A DNA stretch of 64,000 nucleotides from Candidatus Gottesmanbacteria bacterium (GTDB lineage: Bacteria; Patescibacteriota; Microgenomatia; JAMCYU01), in contig JAZDMI010000021.1 in the NCBI GenBank assembly GCA_043801155.1, forward strand, positions 2,683-66,682. Direction: 5' to 3'. A model generated the notes under the pieces. The model was not told the DNA's origin. It worked only from the letters and a program-made list of their open reading frames with translations, and did no database searches. Within the stretch, counting starts at the first letter, position 1; each line of letters begins with the position of its first letter. Below are positions 39,278-48,919 of the stretch, in pieces. The position numbers and the translations under genes are program-made.

Positions 39278-39378
39278 GATTTAACTTTTTTTACATTAAG
39301 ATTAAGACGGGTGGAATTTTGAACGTGGTAGGTTCATATCTTAGGATTTTTGCATTTTATTTTTTCTAGTTTCTATTA

Positions 39379-41463
39379 CTAGTAAATTTTTGACCGGTAA
39401 TCAACAATCATTATTTCCAACTTACCCTCATCTCTCATTTTAAGTAAGACCCTTCCGCCGGAATGAATATGAGGTAGGGGAACTCTTAAACGATAAACCC
39501 CATCTGAATCCTCGATTTTAACAAGATGAGGATCTAAAATTTGCTGGCGTTTATTAAAATTAATAATAGCTTGTTGAACAAAACCTCTTTCTTCTGTAGA
39601 AAATCCTTTCATTAAAAGTTCCAGTTCTTCAGACGTCGGTTCGATGATCGTTAGTTTTCCGGTTAAAGCCTGTTCTTCTTCGGTGACTGGTTTTTCTTCA
39701 CCATCTTTTTTAATAGTTTCCCTTGTTTCTTCAACTCTTATCTGCCTTCTTAATTCATAGGTAACATCATGAAAATGCACTTTTGGCAGCGATGACTTGA
39801 GTGGTTCTTGATTACCGTCCTTAAGAGTGTTTTTTAATTTTTGATGTTCCAGATAATCCGCTAAGTGCGTTAAGGTTTTCAGTACAATTTCCTGGCAACC
39901 TTGTTTGTAGATATGGTTATTGGATTCATTGATCGAATCAAGAACCATCCAGTCAAAAGTCTCTTTTGTCGCATCGATGCTTAAGAGAAGAAAAATTTCC
40001 TCATCTTCTTCACTTGTTTTATCTATAAACTCAAATGCCATACCAAATTTACGGGGATGATAAGGATCTGCTATGAGAGAAGCAGCGTCAGGTTTTTTTA
40101 AAAATTGTAAATTATTTGGTAATTGATCAGCATCTAAACTAAATTTTCTTTCCTTGTTAGTCTTAGTAATTCTGTCTATCTGTCTCTTGACCTCTTGCCA
40201 ATTAAAATCATTATCTGTTTCGGATATTTCTTCATTCGCTAAAATGTCTTTTAATTCTTCACCGCTAAGGACTATTTGTGCCAGTCTCATTTTTTTCCGG
40301 TAGTTTTCGATATTTTCAACTAGCTTCTTATAAAAAGGAATACTCGTTTCCTTTTTAACCAAATTTGTAGCTGCACGGTAGAATCCAATCGTTTGTATGG
40401 CAGAATTAAAGCCAAGGAGTAAAAATAAATATCGGCGATGATAAGTATTTTCGTCCTGGAGGTATTTCTCAAAAAGATTGATAAGTTCCATATCAGGTTG
40501 GCCATCTTTAGGAAAAAGACGCCTAAAGACTTCTTTTCTTAGCAGGGACAATTTATCTACCAGCTCTACTGCTTTTTCTACAATTTCAGTTGCTGGCTGA
40601 CTATTGGACCTAACTGCTTCTTGAATGTCTGTTTTAGAGATATCTGCCTTGAGGAATTGTGCTACTCTAACGCTAAATTGTGCAAAATCTCCCTCAATTG
40701 CCAAAGGATAATATTTAAGTAAAGGATTCCGGCTGATTTGTTCAGCAATAATATGTTCAGGTAGTTCTTCAAACGGTTCAATAGCTGATGACTCTACAAA
40801 TAAACGGACAAAAGGTACTAAGGATTCACGATCTTTATTAGAAAAGTTCATAAATTCAATTAATGAAGCTCCTTGAATAGAAAAATTAGTATGAGTTGAA
40901 TATTGATAATCGGAAAGAGTAAAGAAGTCTTCAGCCCCTTGATAAAAATTTCTCGTCTGGGCGAATCGTTTTAGTGAATTAATCTTTCCATGGCAATATA
41001 AAGAGAGCCCGAAATCCAATGCAAACTTGATACCTCTTATTTTACAATTTTTCCAGGATAATTCGGTGTCCTCGTTTAAAGACGAAGCTGGTTCGCCATC
41101 GGGAACTTTTTCCAGAAAACCATAGGCATTTTGCATATCATCTTGGATTTGTATTAGCTTTTTACTCCAGTCTTCAGTTGTTTCCCATCCGAAAGGGTTA
41201 ACTGTATCAGTTAAAGACTTAATATTATTTCCAAATTCATTTTTTTGCTTCATGGCTCGTATCAAATATTCTAGATAAGTAGGAACTTTCTTTTTCATAT
41301 CGTCTGTAAATACCTGATCCATATTTTTAAATAAATCTGATTCTAAAAGTGATTCAACGGTAGGCAAGTTAGTAGAATCCTGGTCTTCCGCCTTATCCAG
41401 GAGGTAGCCTTTAAGTGCGTTATCTGGGCCTTCAATATAATCTATTTCAAACTTAGCTGACAT
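39379..41463 (-). CDS. large (694 aa) hypothetical protein with C-terminal RelE/ParE-like toxin-fold domain
   Basis: C-terminus 'GVYRLRVPLPHIHSGGRVLLKMRDEGKLEIMIVDYRSKIY' aligns to the RelE core 'CYKIKLRSSGYRLVYQVIDEKVVVFVISVGKRERSEVY'; about 600 N-terminal residues without a known motif. Confidence 0.5.
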   Translation of the reverse strand: MSAKFEIDYIEGPDNALKGYLLDKAEDQDSTNLPTVESLLESDLFKNMDQVFTDDMKKKVPTYLEYLIRAMKQKNEFGNNIKSLTDTVNPFGWETTEDWSKKLIQIQDDMQNAYGFLEKVPDGEPASSLNEDTELSWKNCKIRGIKFALDFGLSLYCHGKINSLKRFAQTRNFYQGAEDFFTLSDYQYSTHTNFSIQGASLIEFMNFSNKDRESLVPFVRLFVESSAIEPFEELPEHIIAEQISRNPLLKYYPLAIEGDFAQFSVRVAQFLKADISKTDIQEAVRSNSQPATEIVEKAVELVDKLSLLRKEVFRRLFPKDGQPDMELINLFEKYLQDENTYHRRYLFLLLGFNSAIQTIGFYRAATNLVKKETSIPFYKKLVENIENYRKKMRLAQIVLSGEELKDILANEEISETDNDFNWQEVKRQIDRITKTNKERKFSLDADQLPNNLQFLKKPDAASLIADPYHPRKFGMAFEFIDKTSEEDEEIFLLLSIDATKETFDWMVLDSINESNNHIYKQGCQEIVLKTLTHLADYLEHQKLKNTLKDGNQEPLKSSLPKVHFHDVTYELRRQIRVEETRETIKKDGEEKPVTEEEQALTGKLTIIEPTSEELELLMKGFSTEERGFVQQAIINFNKRQQILDPHLVKIEDSDGVYRLRVPLPHIHSGGRVLLKMRDEGKLEIMIVDYRSKIY

Positions 41464-41576
41464 TTTTTTATTTTATCATATTTATTTCGTTTTCCTTTAT
41501 AGTAAAGAATAAACCTATACTTTTGCATTTTCTTTTCTTCAATATTTCCAATAATAATGATAAAATAAACAACAAT

Positions 41577-41843
41577 ATGGTGCGGATAGAAAGTAAGTGT
41601 CTGCCCGACGGGAAAATGTTGAATATTCAATATCAGACGTCAGAAGGGCTTACAAATTTTTTTAACATCCTTTTATGTGCTGCCAGTAGAATTCCCAAAG
41701 GGAGTCCAATATATCCTCAAGCACAAATAGTTTTACAACAAATACAAGCTTTTTCTGAAGGTTCGGATGAGCCGTTTGATGGAATTGCCATAGCCAAGGT
41801 TTTAAAATCTGCTAAGTCAATTAGACCCCCAAAACAAAATTAA
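41577..41843 (+). CDS. hypothetical small protein
   Basis: Internal ATG 41577 chosen over the track start 41523, which lies inside the promoter-like element. Confidence 0.35.
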   Translation: MVRIESKCLPDGKMLNIQYQTSEGLTNFFNILLCAASRIPKGSPIYPQAQIVLQQIQAFSEGSDEPFDGIAIAKVLKSAKSIRPPKQN

Positions 41844-41858
41844 GAATTTGACAAATCC

Positions 41859-41887
41859 TTGCCTTTTTCATATAAAATAGGTAAAAT
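41859..41887 (+). promoter_or_regulatory. conserved promoter-like element (TTGCCT, 17 nt, TAAAAT)
   Basis: Followed by a strong SD AAAGGAGG and the ATG at 41910. Confidence 0.45.
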
Positions 41888-41909
41888 CCAGGTAAATAAA
41901 GGAGGCTAT

Positions 41910-42107
41910 ATGTGTCAAAAGCAGGAAGCAGATGAAGAATCAGGTGATGGAATGATGTTTGGCGGAATGATAATAGGAAGACTGGATCAAGATACGTCTT
42001 GGTCAAAATACGCCATGGAGAATTTAGAACCTGAGCAAAAAGAACGACTTATTGAATCAGTTAGAATTCAGAAGGTTCGTCCAAAGGTTAATCCCCAAGT
42101 CAAATAA
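41910..42107 (+). CDS. hypothetical small acidic/Gly-Met-rich protein
   Basis: AGGAGG SD 5 nt upstream of ATG 41910. Confidence 0.45.
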   Translation: MCQKQEADEESGDGMMFGGMIIGRLDQDTSWSKYAMENLEPEQKERLIESVRIQKVRPKVNPQVK

Positions 42108-42138
42108 GAACCTCGTTATTTTTTGCATTTTTACTCAT

Positions 42139-42417
42139 ATGATTGAAAATCTGGGGCAGGCTATTTCTCAAGCACAGGCAGATGGATTTATAACCGAAGA
42201 ATACGGTAGGCTTATCTTAGATACAGCTAAGCTAGAATATCGTGAATGCCGGAATTGCCCTCTCCCTAATTTGTGGCGTGAGTTTTTAGAAGATCAAGGA
42301 CCATACCCGGTTTTAACCCTTGACCTTTTGTTAAAAAATATTGCTGAAAGACGAATATATTTTAGAGAGAAAGGTTGGCTTCCGCCCGATGAACCATCAC
42401 TAATTAATATTAAATAG
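42139..42417 (+). CDS. hypothetical protein
   Basis: ATG 42139 lies downstream of the promoter-like element at 42123; the track ORF 42052 overlaps the previous gene. Confidence 0.35.
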   Translation: MIENLGQAISQAQADGFITEEYGRLILDTAKLEYRECRNCPLPNLWREFLEDQGPYPVLTLDLLLKNIAERRIYFREKGWLPPDEPSLINIK

Positions 42418-42454
42418 CCATTTAACTTTTGCCTTTTTCTGATAAAATAAATAG

Positions 42455-43198
42455 ATGAATAATTCTAAAAAAATTAAGGATATTGTAAAAAATTCTTACG
42501 CAGAAATTGCTAAAGCCTCTGATAGTTGTGGGTGCAGTTGTGGTTGTAGTTCTAACCAGACTGTTCAACGCCAAACACAACAAATAGGTTATTCCCCGGA
42601 AGAAATTAATCAAGCGCCTTCCGGTTCTAATCTTGGGCTTGGATGTGGCAACCCGGTGGCAATTGCTTCATTAAAAGAAGGGGAAATAGTTTTGGATTTA
42701 GGTTCCGGCGCAGGATTTGATGCTTTTTTAGCAGCGCAAAAGGTTGGGACAACGGGTAAAGTCATTGGTGTTGATATGACTGAGGAAATGCTTGTCAAAG
42801 CACGAGCTAACGCTATAAAAGGTGGTTTTACCAACGTTGAGTTCAGAGAAGGAGATATTGAAAATTTGCCCTTAGATGACAACTCGGTTGATGTTGTTAT
42901 TTCTAATTGCGTTATCAACCTTAGCCCGGATAAAGAAAAAGTATTTAAGGGAATTTATCGGGTACTTAAACCAGGTGGAAGACTCATGGTATCTGATACT
43001 GTACTTTCAAAACCATTACCGGATGAACTGCGGGAAAATGAAGAATTATTAACCGGATGTGTAAGTGGAGCTATCCTTAAAAAGGATTACCTGTCATTAC
43101 TCCAAAAAACAGGCTTTTCCAATATAAAAATACAAAAAGAAAGACCGGGGTTTCTTGCAGACTACAGTATAAGTATTACCTACTCAGCAGTCAAATAA
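42455..43198 (+). CDS. SAM-dependent methyltransferase, ArsM-like (arsenite methyltransferase family)
   Basis: '[11 protein letters not shown]' SAM motif I, '[11 protein letters not shown]' motif, N-terminal Cys cluster 'CGCSCGCS'. Confidence 0.65.
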   Translation: MNNSKKIKDIVKNSYAEIAKASDSCGCSCGCSSNQTVQRQTQQIGYSPEEINQAPSGSNLGLGCGNPVAIASLKEGEIVLDLGSGAGFDAFLAAQKVGTTGKVIGVDMTEEMLVKARANAIKGGFTNVEFREGDIENLPLDDNSVDVVISNCVINLSPDKEKVFKGIYRVLKPGGRLMVSDTVLSKPLPDELRENEELLTGCVSGAILKKDYLSLLQKTGFSNIKIQKERPGFLADYSISITYSAVK

Positions 43199-43270
43199 CC
43201 CTGTACTAGTCGATTCGGGACTTTGCATTTTTTCAGGTTTTAGTTTAATCTGAAAATAGGACTTAAATTT

Positions 43271-43606
43271 ATGACCGAAATAATATATAAAACAAAATTT
43301 TTTTGTAACCTTTGCAAAAAAGATATTCCCCTGGAATTATATGGTAATAAAAACACTGAATTTACACGTGATCAGGAGCCGGAAATAATTACTCCAGGGA
43401 AGCATTACCACTGGGTTGATTTTCACCGTGTTTGTGCAATTTGCGGTCAACCAATCAAAGCGCAGGATTTAACCGTGGCGATGAATGACGGGATGATCAA
43501 AATTAATGAAAATTATACTGATGAATATAATATGATTGAACAAGGAAATAAATTCGGTGTTTTTCTCATTGTCCACAAAGAATGCGTCAAAAATATTAAG
43601 TTTTAA
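43271..43606 (+). CDS. hypothetical Cys-containing protein
   Basis: CNLC...CAIC...C pattern. Confidence 0.4.
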   Translation: MTEIIYKTKFFCNLCKKDIPLELYGNKNTEFTRDQEPEIITPGKHYHWVDFHRVCAICGQPIKAQDLTVAMNDGMIKINENYTDEYNMIEQGNKFGVFLIVHKECVKNIKF

Positions 43607-43686
43607 TAAAATGTTGGCATAACTTCATATCCTTCCTTTTTATCTTTTTGTTTCTTCCAATATTAGTTTTTTGCCGATGAGTTATA

Positions 43687-44274
43687 ATGAATTCAATGAA
43701 TATTACCGCGAAATTTATTAAAGGTATTATTGGGACTGATGATATTTTATATGACGGGAAATTTCAGGTTTGCTTCATGGGCCGTTCCAATGTTGGCAAA
43801 TCAACCCTGATTAACACTCTCACCCAAATTAAAGATCTTGCCCGTTCAAGTTCCGATCCCGGGAAAACCATCCGCATGGATTTTTTTCTCATCAATGATA
43901 AATACTATTTTGTTGATTTTCCCGGCTATGGTTATGCCAAGCGTTCACAGGAAAAAAGGGAAAAGCTGGCCAAAATGATCCTTTGGTATCTTATGTATTC
44001 GCAAGTCAAAAAGAGACTGGTGATCCTGATAATTGATGCTCAAGTGGGGATGACTCCTTATGATCTAGACATGTTAAAAACCCTGCATGAAGAAAAAGTT
44101 GATTATTTTATCGTTGCCAACAAGATCGATAAACTAAAAATGAATGAAAAGGCAAAACAACTGGCAAAAATAAAAAGTGATTGTGGAAATTCAAATGTTA
44201 TTCCTTTTTCTTCAAAAGATAAAAGAGAGAGAGTAAACCTTCTTTCGCAAATTTCCTCCCACCCTAGCTACTAA
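43687..44274 (+). CDS. engB: ribosome biogenesis GTP-binding protein YihA/YsxC (EngB)
   Basis: 'FMGRSNVGKSTLINTL' G1 motif, 'DFPGYG' G3 motif. Confidence 0.85.
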   Translation: MNSMNITAKFIKGIIGTDDILYDGKFQVCFMGRSNVGKSTLINTLTQIKDLARSSSDPGKTIRMDFFLINDKYYFVDFPGYGYAKRSQEKREKLAKMILWYLMYSQVKKRLVILIIDAQVGMTPYDLDMLKTLHEEKVDYFIVANKIDKLKMNEKAKQLAKIKSDCGNSNVIPFSSKDKRERVNLLSQISSHPSY

Positions 44275-44582
44275 TGGGAATAATCAAGGGCTACCTTTTC
44301 GCTGATCTTAATTCCTTTTTCCTTTATTGTTCCCGGGGGTAATTCAAGAACGTCTTTGTATTGGGGAGGCCAAAAGAAAAGGCGGCTAGCTGGAAGGGAA
44401 TGAATCATCTTTACTACTTGTTTATTACTATCCAGAATTAGTACATCAATCGGAGATTTCATTCCAAAAGTATGGATACCGAAGCGGGTCGTAAAATAAA
44501 TTGGATAAATGTTTTTTTGTCCGATTAGTCCGACCGATTTTTCTATAAAGCTATGTAATGCCTTGACTTTAAGAAGAATCAT
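44271..44582 (-). CDS. DUF192 (COG1430) family protein
   Basis: 'GLIG...FGIHTFGM..PIDVLILD' pattern typical of DUF192. Confidence 0.5.
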   Translation of the reverse strand: MILLKVKALHSFIEKSVGLIGQKNIYPIYFTTRFGIHTFGMKSPIDVLILDSNKQVVKMIHSLPASRLFFWPPQYKDVLELPPGTIKEKGIKISEKVALDYSH

Positions 44583-45520
44583 GAGGTTAACAACTCTTTT
44601 AATTTTTTTATACTTTTATCATCAAGGATAGAAATCGGCAGAACCTGGCCGAATTTTTGTAACATCTTTCGTTTTTCTTTTAACTCTTCTTTGGCGACTA
44701 AATCAGATTTGGTTAATAAAATTATTTCCGATTTTTGGATTAAAAGGGGATTGAATTTTTGCAGTTCCTGACGGACGGTTTGGTAATCATTTAAAACATT
44801 TTTTGATTCTACCGATACACAATGCAGAATTAAGTTTACCTTTTCAATATGTTTAAGAAAACTTATTCCTAAACCTTTTCCTAAAGAAGCACCTTCAATA
44901 AGACCGGGGATATCGGCAATAATTTTTTTAGCCATGACTCCCAGATTGGGTTCGATCGTCGTAAATGGGTAGTCGGCGACTTTAACATTGGCGCAGGTGA
45001 GTTCATTTAAAAGGCTGCTTTTGCCGGCGTTTGGCAGACCGATTAAGCCATAGTCAGCGATTAATTTTAAGACTATTTTAAGATTTTTTTGTTGTCCGGG
45101 TTCTCCGGCTTCGGCTTTTAAAGGAGTGGTATTAGTCGGTGAAGTCAGATCATGAGTGCCTTGGCCGCCCTTTCCACCTTTACAGATTAAAACCTTCTGT
45201 TCGATATTGCTTAATTCAATGGCTTCGTTAGTTTCCTGATCAGTAATAATACTTCCCTGAGGCAAGGCAATGGTAATATCTTTTCCGTTTCTACCTGTTT
45301 TATTAAATTTTCCGCCATTTTGTCCGTCTTCGGCTCTTCTGGTTTTTTTGCCCATAAATTGATTAAGAGATGTCAAATCAGAAGTGACTGTCAGATAAAT
45401 ATTCCCGCCTTTTCCGCCGTTGCCGCCGTCAGGACCGGTTCTTTCTCCGGGGTAAAATGAGACTTTACCCGCGCCGCCACTGCCGGCCGTAAAAATTACT
45501 TCGACTTCATCAACAAACAT
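44579..45520 (-). CDS. obg: GTPase Obg, short form lacking the C-terminal extension
   Basis: Gly-rich Obg fold 'AGSGGAGKVSF...GNGGKGGNIYL' and G-domain 'GLIGLPNAGKSSLL'. Confidence 0.9.
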   Translation of the reverse strand: MFVDEVEVIFTAGSGGAGKVSFYPGERTGPDGGNGGKGGNIYLTVTSDLTSLNQFMGKKTRRAEDGQNGGKFNKTGRNGKDITIALPQGSIITDQETNEAIELSNIEQKVLICKGGKGGQGTHDLTSPTNTTPLKAEAGEPGQQKNLKIVLKLIADYGLIGLPNAGKSSLLNELTCANVKVADYPFTTIEPNLGVMAKKIIADIPGLIEGASLGKGLGISFLKHIEKVNLILHCVSVESKNVLNDYQTVRQELQKFNPLLIQKSEIILLTKSDLVAKEELKEKRKMLQKFGQVLPISILDDKSIKKLKELLTS

Positions 45521-45841
45521 AAAATCATTATATCATCTAGACAAATTTTTGCTTTATTTAACCATTAATGATATAATACAATCTAACTTGGTAGATTGAA
45601 TTTATCAATCTGCTTAAATTAAAGGTTATTTTAAGTTAATAAGATATATAAATCCTCACTTACTACGTATTTAATGATTTTTATGTCTTCGCAATTTATA
45701 ATGCGTAATTATAAAGACGGGAATAAATAAAAGATATTCCAAATTCTATTTATTTTAGCAATATCTTTTCTCCGCTATTTAAAACAAATCTTTTTTTATT
45801 TAGGCAGCTTCATTATTTTAATCCAGCCAATTTTTAAATCT

Positions 45842-47029
45842 ATGTATAGACAGTTTAATCAAAGAAACCGGGGAAGGAATAATTTTAACCGCGTTAGTAG
45901 CGGTCGTTCCCGTTTTGGGAAAAAAATTGTTTCTTTTGACCCCACAAATTTCATTAATACTGTCCCTGTGGAAAATAAAATCGAGGAATTTACCGTTACC
46001 CATACTTTTGCTGATTTTAAAATCAGGGAGGAAATAAAAGTCAATATTGACCAAAGGGGATATAAAATTCCTACTCCCATTCAGGACAAAGCAATTCCGG
46101 TAATTCTTGAGGGCCGGGATTTAATCGGTATTGCCAATACCGGCACCGGCAAAACCGCCGCTTTTTTAATCCCGCTTATCAATAAAATATTAAATGACCG
46201 CAGTCAGAGAGTTTTAATAATCACTCCGACCCGCGAGCTGGCCGCCCAAATAAGGGACGAGTTGTTCGCTTTTGCCAGAGGTTTGAACGTTTTTGGCGCT
46301 CTTTGCATTGGCGGGGCCAATATAAATAGGCAAATAAACGATATCAGAAGAAATCCCCAGTTTGTCATCGGTACTCCGGGAAGAATTCAGGATCTTATTA
46401 ATTCCCGGAATCTAAATCTGTCTAATTTTAATTCGGTGGTGCTTGATGAGGCAGACCGGATGGTCGATATCGGTTTTCTACCAAATATCAGGTATATTAT
46501 TGGTTTTCTTCCTAAAAATCGTCAGTCACTTTTTTTCTCGGCCACCATTGACGGAAAAGTCAAAGAAGTACTCAATAATTTTGTGCAAAATCCGGTTACT
46601 GTTTCGGTTAAAACCGGCGAAACCACCCAAAATATTAAACAAGATATTATTAAAATAGGCAATTCCACCAAAATTGACGAGCTCCATAATCTACTTATAC
46701 AAGATGAGTATGAGAAGGTCCTTATTTTTGCCAGGACAAAACGAGGGGTGCAAAAACTTTATGAAGAACTGCTGGAGCGTGGTTTTAAGGTCGACGCCAT
46801 TCATGGTAATAAGAGACAGGGCCAAAGGATAAAAGCTTTGGAGAAATTTAAAACCAGCTCAATTCAAATTCTTATTGCGACTGATCTTGCCTCAAGGGGT
46901 TTGGACATACCCGATGTTACACATGTTATCAACTACGACTTACCGGAATGTTTAGATGCCTATATTCACCGAATCGGTAGAACCGGAAGGATGGATAAAA
47001 AAGGTATTGCCTTAACTTTTGTTTCTTAA
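45842..47029 (+). CDS. DEAD-box ATP-dependent RNA helicase with RG-rich N-terminus
   Basis: 'ANTGTGKTAAF', 'DEADRM', 'SAT', 'HRIGRTGR' motifs. Confidence 0.9.
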   Translation: MYRQFNQRNRGRNNFNRVSSGRSRFGKKIVSFDPTNFINTVPVENKIEEFTVTHTFADFKIREEIKVNIDQRGYKIPTPIQDKAIPVILEGRDLIGIANTGTGKTAAFLIPLINKILNDRSQRVLIITPTRELAAQIRDELFAFARGLNVFGALCIGGANINRQINDIRRNPQFVIGTPGRIQDLINSRNLNLSNFNSVVLDEADRMVDIGFLPNIRYIIGFLPKNRQSLFFSATIDGKVKEVLNNFVQNPVTVSVKTGETTQNIKQDIIKIGNSTKIDELHNLLIQDEYEKVLIFARTKRGVQKLYEELLERGFKVDAIHGNKRQGQRIKALEKFKTSSIQILIATDLASRGLDIPDVTHVINYDLPECLDAYIHRIGRTGRMDKKGIALTFVS

Positions 47030-47278
47030 GCTTCTTCTCAGCTTTCTTTATTATGATTAATTAAAACCGCAACCCGCAATACGCCTAAATTAAACTGTAA
47101 TTATCTACCCTGATACATTTATATATGATATATTAATATATCATATAGATCTGGAACAACCGCGTACGTTAGACTATATCTGGCAAGATTCGGCAGGATA
47201 TGGTAGTATCTGCTAGTCTATGACTAATCCCGTCGGTTACCGAATTACTACAAAACCAGATAACCTTCCTGCTGAAAA

Positions 47279-48886
47279 TTGATGCCAAAAGAATTAGATA
47301 AGAAATCCCTAATTAAAGTTAAATTTGTTACTATCGAAGACTCAATCGTCAGCATTGGTTTTCGGCGGGTTGCCGCGGTAGCCAGAAAATTAAACCCTGA
47401 TACCGAAATCTATTTTATAACTCCGGGAAATGTGTATTCACTGCTGACTTATCTTTTTCCACTGCGAAAAACCAGTATTACCGACAAAGATTGTCAAAGA
47501 ATTGCCCGAGAACTAGCCAAGGCTGATCTTCTTTGTTTTTCCTCAATGACACCGTCATATCCTTATGTTGAAAAAATTACCCATCTGGTAAAAAAAATTA
47601 ATCCAAAAATATTTATTCTCTGCGGAGGAACCCATTGTATTCTTTATCCCGAGGAAGCGATTTGTCATGTAGATGCTATCTGTACTTGGGAAGGCGAGAA
47701 ATCTTTTAGAGAATTTTATCAAGCTTTTGCACATAACAAATCTTATCTGCGGACAAAAAATATGTGGTTTAACGTCAACGGTAAAATAATTAAAAATCCA
47801 TACCGGCCTCTTAATAGTTCCCGGGAATTAGATAATTTTCCTCATTTATTTAATGATTATGATTGCCAAATTTATGATTTTAAACCGGCGAAGTTTCGCC
47901 GATTCACCCAAAATGATTTCTTCAAATATAATGGGCTGGCTTATAAAATAATTTGGACAATCGGTTGTCCATTTTCCTGTTTTTACTGCGCTAATGATAA
48001 GTTTATCAGTATCGATAAAAATTATCGCTTAATAAGACATTCTTCAGTTGAATTTATTATTAAAGAAATCGAGGAAGCCATAAAAATATTTCCTTTTATC
48101 TCAACGATAGTTTTTTATGATGATAGTTTTATGGCTGTTGATCAAGATTCCTTAATAGCTTTTGCTAAAGAATATAAAAAAAGAATTAATCTGCCGTTTG
48201 TGGTTTTCGGCATGCATCCGAATACGATTACCCGGGAAAAAATTGCCATATTAGCCGAAGCCGGGATGAACCGGACGAGAATGGGGATCCAAAGCGGCAG
48301 CGAAAAAATACTCTCTTTTTATCGCCGGCCGACGTCTCTTAGTAATATAATCAAATCAGCTAAAATTTTAGCCAGGGCAGCGAAAAAATACAAAATGATT
48401 CCTCCTTCATATGATATTATTTCTGACAATCCAATGGCGACGAGAAAAGACATTGTTAATTCACTTAAATTGATCTACCGTTTAGAGCGGCCCTATACCC
48501 TTAATGTTTTTGCCTTGCGGATTATTCGCAATACCCCGCTTTATAATTATTTTCACCAGCATCTTTCGTTGGATATTGAGGCTTTATCGGCTTATCAACT
48601 GGAATTAAAAAAGACCATTGATAATATCCTTTTATACATATTGGCAATTTTTAAGCCGCCAAAACTGATTTTTAATTGGTTTTTAAAATATGTTAAAGGT
48701 TATCATGAAAAGCAAACTTCTTACCCGGTTATTTACTGGATGATTAAATCGATATATCTTTTCTCTCGCGGTTTATCACACTTGAAACACCTGGATTTTT
48801 CCAATATCGGTGGTTCCGAAGGCTATTATCTCTGGAAATTAGGTTTAATTAGATCCAAGTTTCGGACTCAAGCAAAACTAGGGTAA
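47279..48886 (+). CDS. B12-binding domain radical SAM protein
   Basis: 'CPFSCFYC' CxxxCxxC cluster with an N-terminal cobalamin-binding-like domain. Confidence 0.7.
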   Translation: MMPKELDKKSLIKVKFVTIEDSIVSIGFRRVAAVARKLNPDTEIYFITPGNVYSLLTYLFPLRKTSITDKDCQRIARELAKADLLCFSSMTPSYPYVEKITHLVKKINPKIFILCGGTHCILYPEEAICHVDAICTWEGEKSFREFYQAFAHNKSYLRTKNMWFNVNGKIIKNPYRPLNSSRELDNFPHLFNDYDCQIYDFKPAKFRRFTQNDFFKYNGLAYKIIWTIGCPFSCFYCANDKFISIDKNYRLIRHSSVEFIIKEIEEAIKIFPFISTIVFYDDSFMAVDQDSLIAFAKEYKKRINLPFVVFGMHPNTITREKIAILAEAGMNRTRMGIQSGSEKILSFYRRPTSLSNIIKSAKILARAAKKYKMIPPSYDIISDNPMATRKDIVNSLKLIYRLERPYTLNVFALRIIRNTPLYNYFHQHLSLDIEALSAYQLELKKTIDNILLYILAIFKPPKLIFNWFLKYVKGYHEKQTSYPVIYWMIKSIYLFSRGLSHLKHLDFSNIGGSEGYYLWKLGLIRSKFRTQAKLG

Positions 48887-48919
48887 TATAACATTTTTTG
48901 ATAAAATACTTATATAATT

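Noticed and set aside
33977-43251. Possibility that the recurring about 30-nt intergenic elements constitute a CRISPR array
   Set aside because: Spacing is gene-sized and irregular (0.25-2 kb). Elements are imperfect, contain -35/-10 hexamers at fixed 17-nt spacing and sit before start codons. No cas1 or cas2 gene is present; the only Cas-like gene is an isolated Cas4-family nuclease.
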